NCBI GenBank assembly: GCA_011109175.1 | Contig: RDEW01000108.1 | Location: 1 to 64,000 of the forward strand | From: Dicyema japonicum | Taxonomy: Eukaryota > Animalia > Dicyemida | Reading direction: 5' to 3' | DNA: 64,000 bases | Part shown: piece after piece, positions 50,989 to 63,029 of the stretch | How positions within the stretch are numbered: position 1 is the first letter of the stretch | Layout: every line of letters starts with the position of its first letter | Notes under the pieces: model-generated | Database searches by the model: none | Told to the model about the DNA's origin: nothing | Seen by the model: the letters and a program-made list of their open reading frames with translations, nothing else | Program-made: the position numbers and the translations under genes

Positions 50989-51443
50989 ATTCTTATTTTT
51001 ATTTCCATTTTGGGCTCGATTAGAAAGTGGTTGAGCTCTGTGAGCGTTTTGGCATAGTGACGCGTTTTTGACAGTCATGAGCTTCATAAAAATTAGCAAA
51101 AGTGTGTTTAATAATTAAATTTCCATCTTATGATTACCATTAATTTAAATATCTCCAAAATAATGAATTGTTATATTACGGTGATGATAAAGCTCTTTTT
51201 CATTGCATCTCATGTGGATAGAAAGAATGACAGTCAAGAAACATCGGATATACAATGTTTATGAGCGAGGAGTATCGAATGTACTATCTTATGGTTAGAA
51301 TTTCGTCTGACTTTGGGTCAGAATATCAGGCATATTCGATAATTATTACATAATAGATTATTATATAATGTTACGAATGTTTACTATATAAGATAGTGAA
51401 CGTAGAATGAATTAATAATACTATTCACGTATACATTATATTC

Positions 51444-51659
51444 TGTTAAACTCAGAGATCCATAATCAACGTAAAACATTATTCATAATAACAAAGAAAA
51501 AAACATCAATAAACAAACTAAATTCTTGGATTTGAAACAAACTACAGTAGATGTTAAACTCAGAGATCCATAATCAACGTAAAACATTATTCATAATAAC
51601 AAATAAAAAAACATCAATAAACAAACTAAATTCTTGGATTTGAAACAAACTACAGTAGA
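51444..51659. repeat. Tandem duplication, 108-bp unit x2
   Basis: TGTTAAACTCAGAGATCC... starts at 51444 and 51552. Confidence 0.9.
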
Positions 51660-52640
51660 AATATTAACTGATCTGTTCTACAAAATATTCACTTAAAAAC
51701 ATATAAAAAACATAAAAAACTAATTTTTGAAAAGAAGGAGTCAGTCATTAATTTTAATATATTATATGAAGCATTACATTTTAAGACTCTCCTAATGATA
51801 AGTATAAATGCGGCTTGGAATGATCATAAACATTATGGAACTCCAAAAATCACTCAAAGTAAACAAAACCAAAGAAAATTTATTCAGATGGAATAAATTT
51901 TATTTTTTTTTCAAAATGGTTCGATGATGAATTCTCCTCTAACCAATTAAATGATTCTCCTTTCAAAGTACCCCTTGATATCCTTACTGTTCCAATTTAG
52001 TGTTTGCTAAAATTCAATTTAAATTGCCACTTATTACTTGACTTCTGATGAAGTCAATAATCCAACAAGCAAGTCCACAACAAAATTGTGGCCAATCTAC
52101 ATGAATGTTTTGTCACATCAATTCAAACTCTCTATTCCCGATAAATAGATAGACTGATTTGGGTCTGTTCCTTAATAACCTTAAACATCTTCTCGCTCTA
52201 ATCTGATTGTCGGAAATAAGTTCGTATGTTTCAACGAATCTTGACAAGTCAGATCGCGTAGCAGATGAACATGGTGAATCCCCTTATTAACTTATTTAGA
52301 ACTCCAGTTTAACAGACTCTGAAGATTCTCGGTTCTTCTTTGTGACACGTTTTGAGATGACTAAAATACAAATCGATTTTTCTCTGGATTACAAATTGTC
52401 ACGACAATCACATTTAATATTATTTTTCACTAATGTTAATAATTATTCTTATTTTAGGACAAGTTTATTTTTGAAATAGCACAATGTCCTATTTTTTGTC
52501 CTAATAGTACAATTTAAGCCCTAATAATTATCATCTTTATGACCATTATGATTTGAGGTTCGTTAAAATAATAATTTAATCATGTACATCTGACAACTGT
52601 GAGATTAATTGGGATAATTTATTTTTTTAGAATAAATTAT

Positions 52641-52946
52641 AAAATATGTAATTATGCTAAATTAGTGAATACATTAATTGGACTGTTCTTTTCCCCACCC
52701 AAATCAACCTTTATTGATCAACTTCACTGGGAATCAAAAATTCACCGCATTACTGAAGTTCCTCTCCCAAGCCTACATTCCAGAATATCTGTCAAAATAT
52801 GTAATTATGCTAAATTAGTGAATACATTAATTGGACTGTTCTTTTCCCCACCCAAATCAACCTTTATTGATCAACTTCACTGGGAATCAAAAATTCACCG
52901 CATTACTGAAGTTCCTCTCCCAAGCCTACATTCCAGAATATCTGTC
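52641..52946. repeat. Tandem duplication, 153-bp unit x2
   Basis: AAAATATGTAATTATGC...GAATATCTGTC at 52641-52793 and 52794-52946. Confidence 0.9.
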
Positions 52947-55035
52947 AGGCTATGTGCAAATCCCCAACAATATAAAAAAAATAGTTTTTCATCCGAAAAG
53001 AGGGGACCGCAATGCCAATCANTCCAATCCTTCTAAAATTGAGAGGTCTTCGACGTTACAAGAGACGGCCGGCGGAATCAAAAAGATTCAAGGATTATAC
53101 GAAGGTAGACTGGTCCGGTTTCAGTAACCTTGTGGATAAATTCTTGGCCCGGAGATTATCCTCCCCAATACGCTCTATTGATGAGGCCGCAGAAATTATC
53201 AGCGCTGCCATTCAGAAAGCTGATCATATTTTTATTCCTGTATCGTCATACAAGAAGTTTATTCCTACCCTCAACTCTTATACAATAAGTCTTATAAAAC
53301 AGAGACCGGTTGCTAAGATGTTATCTGATGAACCTGGAGTCCTTGACGGCCCTCAGACAACTAAATAAAAGGATCTGTCAGAGCATAAAAAACACAAAGA
53401 CAAGAGATGGCAGCATCTAGCTAACCACCTCGACAGGAAAAGTTCATTCCGACATTTCTGGAAAACTCTTAAACAAGTCAACTCGGAGCTGGATGATGCA
53501 GACGGAACCGGAAAGCTTTTTCCTGAACACTTATGCCACTTACATCCTAACACCCTTATGAAACATTACGCTGGAATTAGCTTCAAAACCTTCTCGAAAC
53601 ACCTGGACATTAGGGTGCGGGCCTGACAAAGCATCTTCTATTCACCTAAAACACCTAAGCCACTACGCAATTGGTTACCTCACGCAAATATACAACCTGT
53701 CCATTAACTATAATATTATTCCCAAAATTTGGAAGAATTCTATCATCAGACCGATATTGAAAACTGGGAAACCAGAGACAGATCCTGCCTTTAACAGGCC
53801 TATCTCCGTTACCAGCACACTGTCAAAAATTGTGGAGAAACTTGTATTATCAGTCATTATTCCGTATTTTCCACGTCCTATATTTCAACATGGTTTCCTC
53901 CGCGGTAGGTCCACCGCTACATACTTGGCTACCCTATCGCAGTTCATTGCCGACGATTTTAACACAAACACACAATCTTGGTTTCTATTGACATCAACAA
54001 TGCCTTTGACACCGTTTCGAGGAAAATCCTGGTTGGAAAAATATTTTCTACTAATATTTGTCCGAATGTGAAATTATGTCTGGCCAACTTTTTGTCTGGA
54101 AGACGTGGAAGAGTAGTCAGTGGGGATCTCAGATCTAGATCACGATTACTATCGAACGGGGTACCCCAGGGGTCTCCACTCTCGCCAATTCTATTCAACT
54201 TATTCCTACACGACCTACCTAGTGATGGAATCGAATATTCCCTGCTATTATCATACGCAGACGATATAGTCATTGCAATACGGAACCGTTCGACGCAATT
54301 TACATCCTTTAAGAATCAGCCAAAATTGAACATTCTCCACGATTGGAATCGATTTCTGCAACCAAGTCTATTTGTACCATTTTCAGTTCGGACCGTCGTT
54401 TTAAGGATGAACCGAGTATCTTTATTGGTCCAACTCAAATTCCAGTGACAAGGTTCCCCACTGTCCTTGGAGTCAAGTACGACAGTTTATTCAATTTTAA
54501 CTCTTACGCAAAAGACATGATTACCAGGGGCCTCCAGAAAATTAATGTTTTACGGAGGATCCCGAGGAATATGGACTTTTCTGTTTCTACTCTCTACCAA
54601 CAAACAATCGCGCCACCCGTTGAGTATACCTCCGTTGCATGGAAATTCGCACTATCGGAGTCTATGGTCCAAAGAGTCAACTCAATACACCAGAAAACAA
54701 TCAGTATGCTTTGCCCACGTAATGGATCAACAGTCGACCCACTACTCATGGAAGCTAAGATCCGTAGTCGTGGCTCCGGATTTCTTCGCGTCTGTGAGGA
54801 AGATGGAAATCCGCTTCGCCTGATCTTTTCCATGGCAAGAGAAAACCGATTGGATAAGAAATTCCCGTCCCCGATCGGATTCCTCTGCAAGACCGAGAGA
54901 AGGCTCTTCCAGAAAGTAGTGGGGACAATGGAAGATCATAGACGTCGAATGGCACTATTGATTGCGGGGACTGGGATCACCTAACTGTTTGACTCTTTTG
55001 TCTTTTTTTCTCGGTGTTCCCGGGGTTATTAAAAT
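52870..55035 (+). mobile_element. Vingi-like LINE (family D-related): linker, RT and C-terminus
   Basis: RPISVTSTLSKIVEKL, QHGFLRGRST, DINNAFD, GVPQGSPLSPILFN, YADDI, LGVKYD; ends GTGIT* plus CTCGGTGTTCCCGGGG tail. No RNase H seen. Confidence 0.88.
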
Positions 55036-55354
55036 AAATAAAAAAATTGACCCAAGCGATCTTAGAAAAAAGACCTTGGGTTATATTATCTATCATCCTA
55101 TACGTGAAGTTTCAAATAAGTGACCTAAAAAGTTATTTCAATTTTTGATTAGAGGAAATTCAAACCCTGATCCTACGTGCAGTTGACATTTCTTTGCTTC
55201 GAAACTTCAAATTTCCAAAGTGTTTTGTGTCCGCTGTTCTTAATTTTGGTTTTTTTAATTCTCAAAGTTTATTTATTTTGATGTAAAATTCCTCTGAAAT
55301 CATGATTTTAAATAAAAAATTAACAAAGAATTAAAAATTTAAATTATTATTAGT

Positions 55355-55830
55355 CACGCTGCTCTGAACGAGGTGATCGTCAGAGCTCTGAAGGCTACAG
55401 ACTTCCCATCACAGCTTGAACCAGTGGGTCTCGATCGAGGAGATGGAAAGTGACCTGACGGGATGACCCTTTTCCCTTACACACCCTGAATATCTTTGGT
55501 CTGGAACGCAACTTGTGTTGACACATTTTCAAGCACGAATCTTTTCAAATCGGTTAAGACGCCTGGAGCAGCTCTTCGACCGCGAAAAACCTAAAAATCA
55601 AGAAATAATCTTTCCTCGGAAACCGGTACCGATTAACTTCTGTTGCGGTCGAGTCATCGGGAGTTTAAGACTAGAGACTGTATTATTTCTTGCGCGAACT
55701 CGGAGGAATGCTTGCCAGAAAGAAGAGGGATCAACGAGAAGCGTTATGGCTGAGACAAAAAATTGGAATGACCATACTCCGAGGGAACTCGTTTCTATCA
55801 ATGCAGCCGGCTTCCTCAACTAACATTGTT
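55355..55830 (+). mobile_element. CRE-like RLE 3' fragment
   Basis: [14 protein letters not shown]...[20 protein letters not shown]...LVWNATCVDTF. Confidence 0.85.
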
Positions 55831-55894
55831 AAAATAAAATAAAAATTAATAAATTTATTGTATTTGAAAAAAAATAAATAAAATAATTAATTAG

Positions 55895-56100
55895 AAGTCG
55901 CGTCCTATATCCGATTGTGGTCGAGACAACTGGAGGAATAAGTGGAAAATCGCTTCGCTTCCTAAAGACGCCTAGCTACACTAAAAAGCCAGGACGCACG
56001 TGAGACCAGTGGCTTCTCCAGCTGATCTTTGTTGGAATCGTGAGAGGCAACGCAACGTCGATAATGTCTGCGGGGTCCACTTTGGATGGATGGCTGTGTT
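55895..56100 (+). mobile_element. CRE-like RLE 3' fragment
   Basis: YPIVVETTGGISGKSLRFL...VRGNATSIMS. Confidence 0.8.
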
Positions 56101-56119
56101 AATTAATTATTATTATATT

Positions 56120-56310
56120 AACTTTTCCTTCTGATGGCGTCACTGGATCCACCTTACTAAGGAGGCGCCCAATGCATGGCCGACATCAAGAGGATCCAAC
56201 AATTCTTCCTCGGGGACAACGTCGTTACCTGGTAACAAGTTCTGGAATGCTGGAACGAGTCAAGATTGAGGAGTTATTCTGGTTACCATTGGTCTTTGGA
56301 AATAATTTTA
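56120..56310 (+). mobile_element. SINE-like element family A2, headless copy
   Basis: Starts ~14 nt before P1; core 56136-56197; A2 tail. Confidence 0.85.
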
Positions 56311-56349
56311 ATTTAATTAATCAACGGGTTAAATTTAACACAGGTTTCT

Positions 56350-57980
56350 CGAGTGTTTCCAACCTTCCATGATCTCTCAACGAAGTCTGGACGATGCCGG
56401 AGGTCATTCGAAGATCTGATGGTATCATCTAAGCAACATTGCGTCGTATTTCAAGGATATATTAACTGTCCGCGGAAAAATATCTGATCATACTTGTGGA
56501 TACGCCACCCAACTTTATAAAGCTATCACACCTGGCGAAATCTCAAATGCAATGGTCAAACTTAAGAATGGTCGCTCCCCTGGACCGGATGGAATCAATT
56601 TAGAACTTCTCAAATACGGGCTACACATTCACTAACAGACAAGTTGGCAAACTACTCAACCATCTTTATAAAAAAAGAATACCGCTCTTGGATCCGGATT
56701 ATTAATACAAATACAAAAACCTAACAAACATGCTGGGCCTGTTGAAAACCTACGTCCAATAATCCTGCTAAACACCTTACGGAAACTTCTGGCATTAGTT
56801 ACGCTGAACCGAATCAGAGAACAAGTGGACAACTATCTAGCCCAAGTCACAGTAGATTCAAGACAGGAAGATCCACTGCGGCTGTAGTATGGAGCACAAG
56901 TGGGGCTGCGCTATCAACCAGAGATTCAAAATTGAAACAGCAGTCCTGCGAATAGACCTCTCTATTGACTTTGACACGGTCTGTTGTGGTCCATTGCTCA
57001 GAATACTGAAACAATTCTTGGATCCAGATACTGTCAATATGATCAGAGTGTTGCTATCTAACACGAAGCTCAGAGTGCGAATCGGTAAGACGTTTTCCCG
57101 TGAATTTACGTGCAATGTTGGTACTCCTCAGGGAGATTCCCTCTCCCCTGCTTTTTGTCATATATCTGGAGGCGGCACTACGAGATCTACGGAAGTTATA
57201 TGATGGCAACATCGTCGAAATTGCACATGCCGACGACGTCGACTTTGTGTCAGAAGACAAATCGGCTTACTTCGACTTTCGAGGTGGCCACTGCTGAGCT
57301 GAACCGATGGTTCTTTGGAATGAACACCGCAAAAACTGACATTGTGGAAATCAGGAGAATGAAAAGCAGATCAAGTGAAACATGGCGAAGAACAAACAAA
57401 CTTGGCTTTACTTGGAGACAGTCAAGATATTGCCAAAAGGAAGGCCCTCGCTTAGGTAACAATAAACAAGTTGAAGAAAGAGTGGATTGTTCCTGCACAT
57501 CACTTCGTTTGAGACTGTATGAAGTCTTTGTCAAGCCGATCCTAATGTACAATTCATCGACCTGGGAACGTCAAAACCGAACAACTTGGACTAGACCTTT
57601 TCCATCGAAACAACTTAGATCCCTACTAGGGCTGAACTGGCCAGCAAGAATAAAAAAGGAATCGCTGTACAAGAGATGTTGCACGAGTCCACTGAGTCTC
57701 GAAATTGCAGATATGCGCTGGAGGCTATTTAGACATATCTTGCATATGGACTTGGGCGCTCCAGCAAACATAGAAATGGAGGTCTACTTTTATAGACAGG
57801 GACCGTGCTTTCGTAGACACCGGCCTATTACACTACCTGAAACATTTGACAGAGATCTTAAGAACAAACGTCTAAGATGTGAAGACGACCTGGACGAATT
57901 GAGGAAACCCCCTTACGATCGAGGAGGTTCGAAGAAGTTGGTTCTGAGGATTGTTTTGAATGCAATGAAATTATAACTAT
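56350..57980 (+). mobile_element. RTE-clade LINE, RT through C-terminus
   Basis: KNGRSPGPDGI, ENLRPIILLN, GTPQGDSLSP, HADDVDF, LRLYEVFVKPILMYN, WRLFRHILH. Confidence 0.88.
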
Positions 57981-57989
57981 TATGATTTT

Positions 57990-58063
57990 GCGAATGTTGC
58001 TTATAATAATAATAAATTTGTCGTGGCCGCAAAAAATCCCGGGGGCCGCGTTGAGAACCACTG
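57990..58063. mobile_element. Solo hAT/MITE terminus
   Basis: GGGCCGCGTTGAGAACCACTG reverse-complements to CAGTGGTTCTCAAC, a typical Charlie/Buster TIR. The partner end was not found. Confidence 0.5.
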
Positions 58064-58139
58064 ATGTTGACAATAATAAATTGTATGTAATTTATTTAAA
58101 TCAGAAACCATATTTACAGTAAATCATATTTAAAACTGC

Positions 58140-58500
58140 CATCCATCCAAAGTGGACCCCGCCGACATTATCGACGTTGCGTTGCCTCTCAAGATTGCAA
58201 CAGAGATCAACTAGAGTAGCCACCGGGTCTCACGTGCGTCGTGGCTTTTTATTGGCTAAGCGTCCAGGTTTTTTTAGGAAGCGAAGCGATTTTCCACTTA
58301 TTCCTCCAGTTGTCTCGACCACTATCGGATAAAATGCGAATCGGTCGCGTAGCGCTTCGTATTTCTTCTCCTTTGCCCTCATCGTTTTTCCGCGGAATAC
58401 AGTGTGTCTACCGCGCTCCCGACAATGTTGGACGGGCAAAGCGTGTCGACACAAGTAGCGTCCCAGACCACATGTTCTTTCAATTGGGGCCGGGCGGCAT
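58140..58500 (-). mobile_element. CRE-like RLE 3' fragment
   Basis: VVWDATCVDTL...KEKKYEALRDRFAFYPIVVETTGG. Confidence 0.85.
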
Positions 58501-58779
58501 TTGAATTATGATATTTTTTATATCGGACACTTTTCATTTTATATTGGAAAAGTTAGTTGGTTTGTTTTGAAGGTTGAGGCATTGATGTAGCTCTATTGCA
58601 CGAAATATTACTTCGTTATAATGGATGAAAATCCACGTCTTGATTTTTTTCTATAAACATGGAAGAGATTAAGAATAAATCTAAGTCTAATGTTTGTTTT
58701 GGAGGATCGGGAATTACCGTACCTTCGAATTCTTCATTAAGTGCCATATTTGTCCTCTATAGATCATCGAAGAATTTAA

Positions 58780-59410
58780 TAAACACGTCCTTAACTCTTA
58801 TTCCGGACTGAATGTATCCATGGACACCACCGGAAGCTGTGTAGTTGTGGAAGGACCTATACCTAGAGTTCCGGATGGCTGCGCTAATCAACAAGAGTAT
58901 TCGATACGTGTTTTTAAAAAAAAAGGGAGCACCTTGAGAGAATTGGGGATGGGAGAAGACTTACATGCATCAAAACGATTAGCTGCCATTCAGCAGATTT
59001 CTGGTTGAACACCTATCTTTGTGCTGAAATTGGTAACTTGCTTTGATAACGATGGTAAGTTTCGACGATGTGACAACATTCCCTTTTGCTAACGGTCGGA
59101 ACCTTGTTTGGGATGCTAAGTGTGTTTATACATACTCTCAGAAAGATTTGGCCGCTTCATTCCCGGACCCAGGTCATACTTCTCAGCAAGCCGATGATCA
59201 GAAGAGAAGTAAGTACCGAATCATTACGGAGGATTACTTGTTTGTCCCATTTGATGTTGAGATGTCAGGAATCCTTCACCCAAAAGCTGACGATCTAGTC
59301 CGTCGGATAGCTCAATGATTCAAAAGGTCACCAAGGATCCACGTGAAACTGGATAGCTCGAGAGCGTAACTCGATAGTTATCGTCAAACAAAACAGCATA
59401 AGCTTCCTAA
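58780..59410 (+). mobile_element. CRE-like RLE 3' fragment
   Basis: FPFANGRNLVWDAKCVYT...RSKYRII.EDYLFVPFDVEMSG. Confidence 0.8.
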
Positions 59411-59599
59411 CTTTTAACATTTTTTGCATAATTTAATTGAGTTTAATCTAAATTAAATTTAATACGAAATTAAAAAAAAACGTATGAGTTTTCTTTAGCA
59501 AATAAATTTAAGCGATAAAACAAACGTAACTTTAATTGAAGAAAAAATAGAAAAAAGACATTAACACTCGGAAAGTCGTAGCCGCAAAGTAAATTAAGG

Positions 59600-59810
59600 A
59601 CCCTTTTCGCTCTAACTCTCCATCAGATTGGTAAAGTTATTTAGCTTTGCTCCTTTCTCTTTAGGTTTTTCCTCTCGACCGTGATTGTGATCGAAGGAGA
59701 TCTCTCTCCGCTGACAAGAAGAATCGCATCAGATCCTCTCTGGAGGGACCCTTGCGAGCACTTAGCTTCTCCTAATCAAATACGAAAATCCAGGAGTCGA
59801 GATTCGAATG
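59600..59810 (-). mobile_element. RTE (BovB-like) 3' fragment
   Basis: Degenerate homology to the 18530-18885 C-terminus. Confidence 0.45.
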
Positions 59811-59879
59811 AGGATCAATAGTCAGTTATCATGGAATTATTCGAAGATCGAGAGGTCTACAAAAAACAATCCGTCACAT

Positions 59880-60110
59880 CCTGTCTCTGACAGGGAAACT
59901 AAAAAATATTCCTTATGTAAATTCCGGATCGAAAAATGGAAACTCTAAAAGGCTATATAACCGGATATGTGGTGGTTGGCTAAGATATTCGATCAACAGT
60001 CCTCAAGATATAGTTTCGTACATATGACGGTCAATCATCGTTATACTTTATTGACCCGAGTAGTGGTGTCATACAAAACATATAGAAACTCATTAAATTA
60101 TTATAGAATT
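59880..60110 (+). mobile_element. Merlin/ISXO2-like transposase fragment
   Basis: HMTVNH.Y.FIDPSSG.H...IE motif, allowing for frameshifts. Confidence 0.6.
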
Positions 60111-60389
60111 TGTAGTTGTACTAATTGAAAAATAAAAGAGATGGGAACCGCACGACACATCTGAACAACTATTACATATAATAAATATGGATGCAGAGAC
60201 ATAAGAAGCACTATTGGTAGCAATAGGGAATTTTCGTCCCCCAACAGCTAATTACAACTAAATGACACTTATAAATTTAATTATTTACTATTAAATTTTA
60301 AAATTATTCGTAAGCGAATAAAAATTAAATATGTAATTTTAATCAGAAGTCTTTGCAAGCAGGAAAGCAGAATCAGATGTCTTTGCAAG

Positions 60390-61130
60390 CATAAATCAAC
60401 CCATTACATGTGGAAGACCATTAAAAAGCTCAGATCACATACAAAACCCAATAACACAGGCCAACCAAATGTCCAAGAACTAAACAACCTAATGAAGTTT
60501 TATGTCGGAATCAGCCACAAGAAATTCCTGAAAACCAGCCATTCCTTTACGTCCACGAAGCCAAAAAGCTCTTCTTCATTATATTGCTTGTCACACTCCG
60601 ATATTTGGAATGAAATCAAAAATACAAAATTTTCCTTCTCCTGCGGAAAATTGGTTTAGTCAAAACCATATTTGGTGAAATAAAAAAGCCATTCTCTGCT
60701 TTCGGTATTCTCTATAAGCAATTTATCGAGCCAACAATCAGTTGCTCCTGTGCAGCATTGGGAATTAATCTCTCGTGGACCAACCGTCTTAAAGTTGATA
60801 ACACCCTATGTCGAGCGTCAACTACCATAATACACATCGCAAAGCTGAACAACATTCCACCCAGTCCCTTTGACCACCTTATTGAGCAAAACGGCAAGAG
60901 CTTCTTGACGTTAACCTCAGCAGGACCTGTTGTCGACAGTCCCTCCTGTATCAAGTTTCCAGAAGCACATCACCCCAGTTAGCTTTCTCACGAACCCTGT
61001 CCTCCGCCCATACATGAATGTGTCGGGTCAATAGTCCAGCATCTGGAGAAGTGAAAACTCTTCAGGATTGTCGGGATCACCTAATTAATTTCAACGAGAT
61101 TAACTATTGATGTTTTTGGGTTAAATAAAA
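60390..61130 (+). mobile_element. Vingi-like LINE remnant with large internal deletion
   Basis: WKTIKKL...LMKFYVGISHK linker joined to a C-terminal region ending IVGIT* plus tail. Confidence 0.7.
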
Positions 61131-61323
61131 AAAACTGTTAAAGCGATAACCGTAAAAATTATGTCATAAAGCAATAACCGTAAAAGCCAAGAACCGTTCG
61201 ACGAGTTGACCGTAAATATAGACATTCACAATATAATCACCAATGTTTAAAATATTCTAAAAATAAGTCAAAAATATAAAGATAATTTTAATTTACTAAC
61301 AAACAAAAAATTAAAACAAAAAG

Positions 61324-62180
61324 TTAAAAGATTAAGTTTTTCTTAGTCTTTCTAATAATCTTTTGCAGTTTATTAATTTTGTTTCGCTGTTCAAGCATAG
61401 TTCTCCATTTGTCTTTCAGCATAACAGTGTTCTTTTTGGAAGCAATCCAGTATCACTCATGACTTTCCAATTACCGCACCCAAATTTCTGACTAATTTAT
61501 AAAACATAATCTCTTCCTCCAAAGTCCATTTCCGACGCTTAGCTAAAAATTTAGTTTCGGAAAACAAACTTTTGGTGAATGAGATTCATTCCTTAATTTA
61601 TTTTCGGTAGTTAAATCAGGTTTGTATGTTGTCTTTAAAAGTCGGAGAGGTTCTGAACTCATTAAATTTACTTCTCCGTGCTTTGTAGGGTTCAGTCGAT
61701 ATTATTTCAGTTGAATCTTCACATGAATCAGAATTTATTATTGGAATATTTTTATCAACGTTCTCGTATTTAATATCTTCATGTCTCACGTCGACAATTT
61801 CAATGACTTTTTTATCTTCTGACTTAATTTCATTCAACTCGTCACCACTGCTAATAAGAGCCTCAGTACTTCAGACTTTAAAATTTTAACTAAATTAATG
61901 TTTTATTTCAAAAAACCAAGTTGATTTGAAATATTCGGATCGATAAAACAGAACGGACGAATCTGAAACTAAACCAGCATTGTCAAAATAACTTCTAAAT
62001 AGCAATAAGTTTAATACAGAAACTCCATACTCATCGAGCGTCGACTTTATGATGGAATAAACCTAATACTATCATTATAAATGTTTACTTCATTGAGAGA
62101 ATTTTGGTTACTACTATATTCGAGTAGTTCAACTATAAATTGGATCATTTTATCGTTCTCAGACATAACTTAGAACAACA
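61324..62180 (-). CDS. Telobox Myb-domain protein (TRF1/TRF2-like telomeric repeat-binding factor candidate)
   Basis: C-terminal KRRKWTLEEE...LG.GNWKVM...KRT.VMLKDKWRTM after restoring two single bases. Preceded by a charged linker (ORF 61616-61837) and a 27-nt GT-AG intron. The 5' boundary is approximate. Confidence 0.75.
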
Positions 62181-62339
62181 AGAAATAATAATATTTCCGC
62201 GCAAAATTTAATTTTTTAATTTATTTTTTAATTTAATTAATTTTATTTTTTTAATTAAAATTTTTGTAGTCAAATTTTATCCAATATGTGATTTAAAAAA
62301 ATAAACGATTTACTACTTCGTAAACATATTAATTGAAAA

Positions 62340-62570
62340 CAAAAACTTGGAGTTAGGAAACCGCAGCCTGACTGCATTGCTATTCCTTTTTTAGGAAACC
62401 GCAGCCTACTGCGAGGGAAATACGCTTGAATAGCAAACAGCGTTCGCAAAGGTCCCCTAAGCGGGTTGACATAAGATTTCAAGTCCTTCGAGAAAAACGT
62501 AGGACAACTGTCCCTGAGTTCGAAGATTTCCACAGGAAGAGGGACAAACTTCTCCTCATTTGGGATATTA
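62340..62570 (-). mobile_element. CRE-like RLE 3' fragment
   Basis: FVPLPVEIF...TRLGDLCERCLLFKRISLAV; nucleotide similarity to the 48085 end. Confidence 0.65.
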
Positions 62571-63029
62571 GCGTACTTTCACCACTTTAATTTCAGATTT
62601 TTTACTTATATTGTTTATTTAGTTATTTACCTAATAATTTACCATCTAAAAAGAAAAGTCATAATGCAATCAAAAGTGAGGATTAACATAGCTCTTGCTA
62701 ATGAAACTGGAACAATAAAAATTAAACCGTTGAACATTGAAAAATTTAAATCCAATTAAGAAGTTAGAAGGGTTGATTCAAAGGAATAAAAGACAGAAAC
62801 AACAATTTATTACTTCCTTAACATAATTTTTGATTTTAAATTTTTGTTACATTTTTTATTCTGATATATAAAAACATAAATATTAATCACAATGAAATGA
62901 GCATATTATTACAATCTGAAAGGCATCCAATTTTTTGTTCGGATTAACGAGGGTTTACTGCACATTCATATAAAATTGAATAAATTATTACTGCAGCTGC
63001 GAGTTGTTATGTAACTACTTGACTGAAGA

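Noticed and set aside
50813-52946. CRISPR-like array
   Set aside because: These are whole-unit tandem duplications without unique spacers, in a eukaryotic context with no cas genes.
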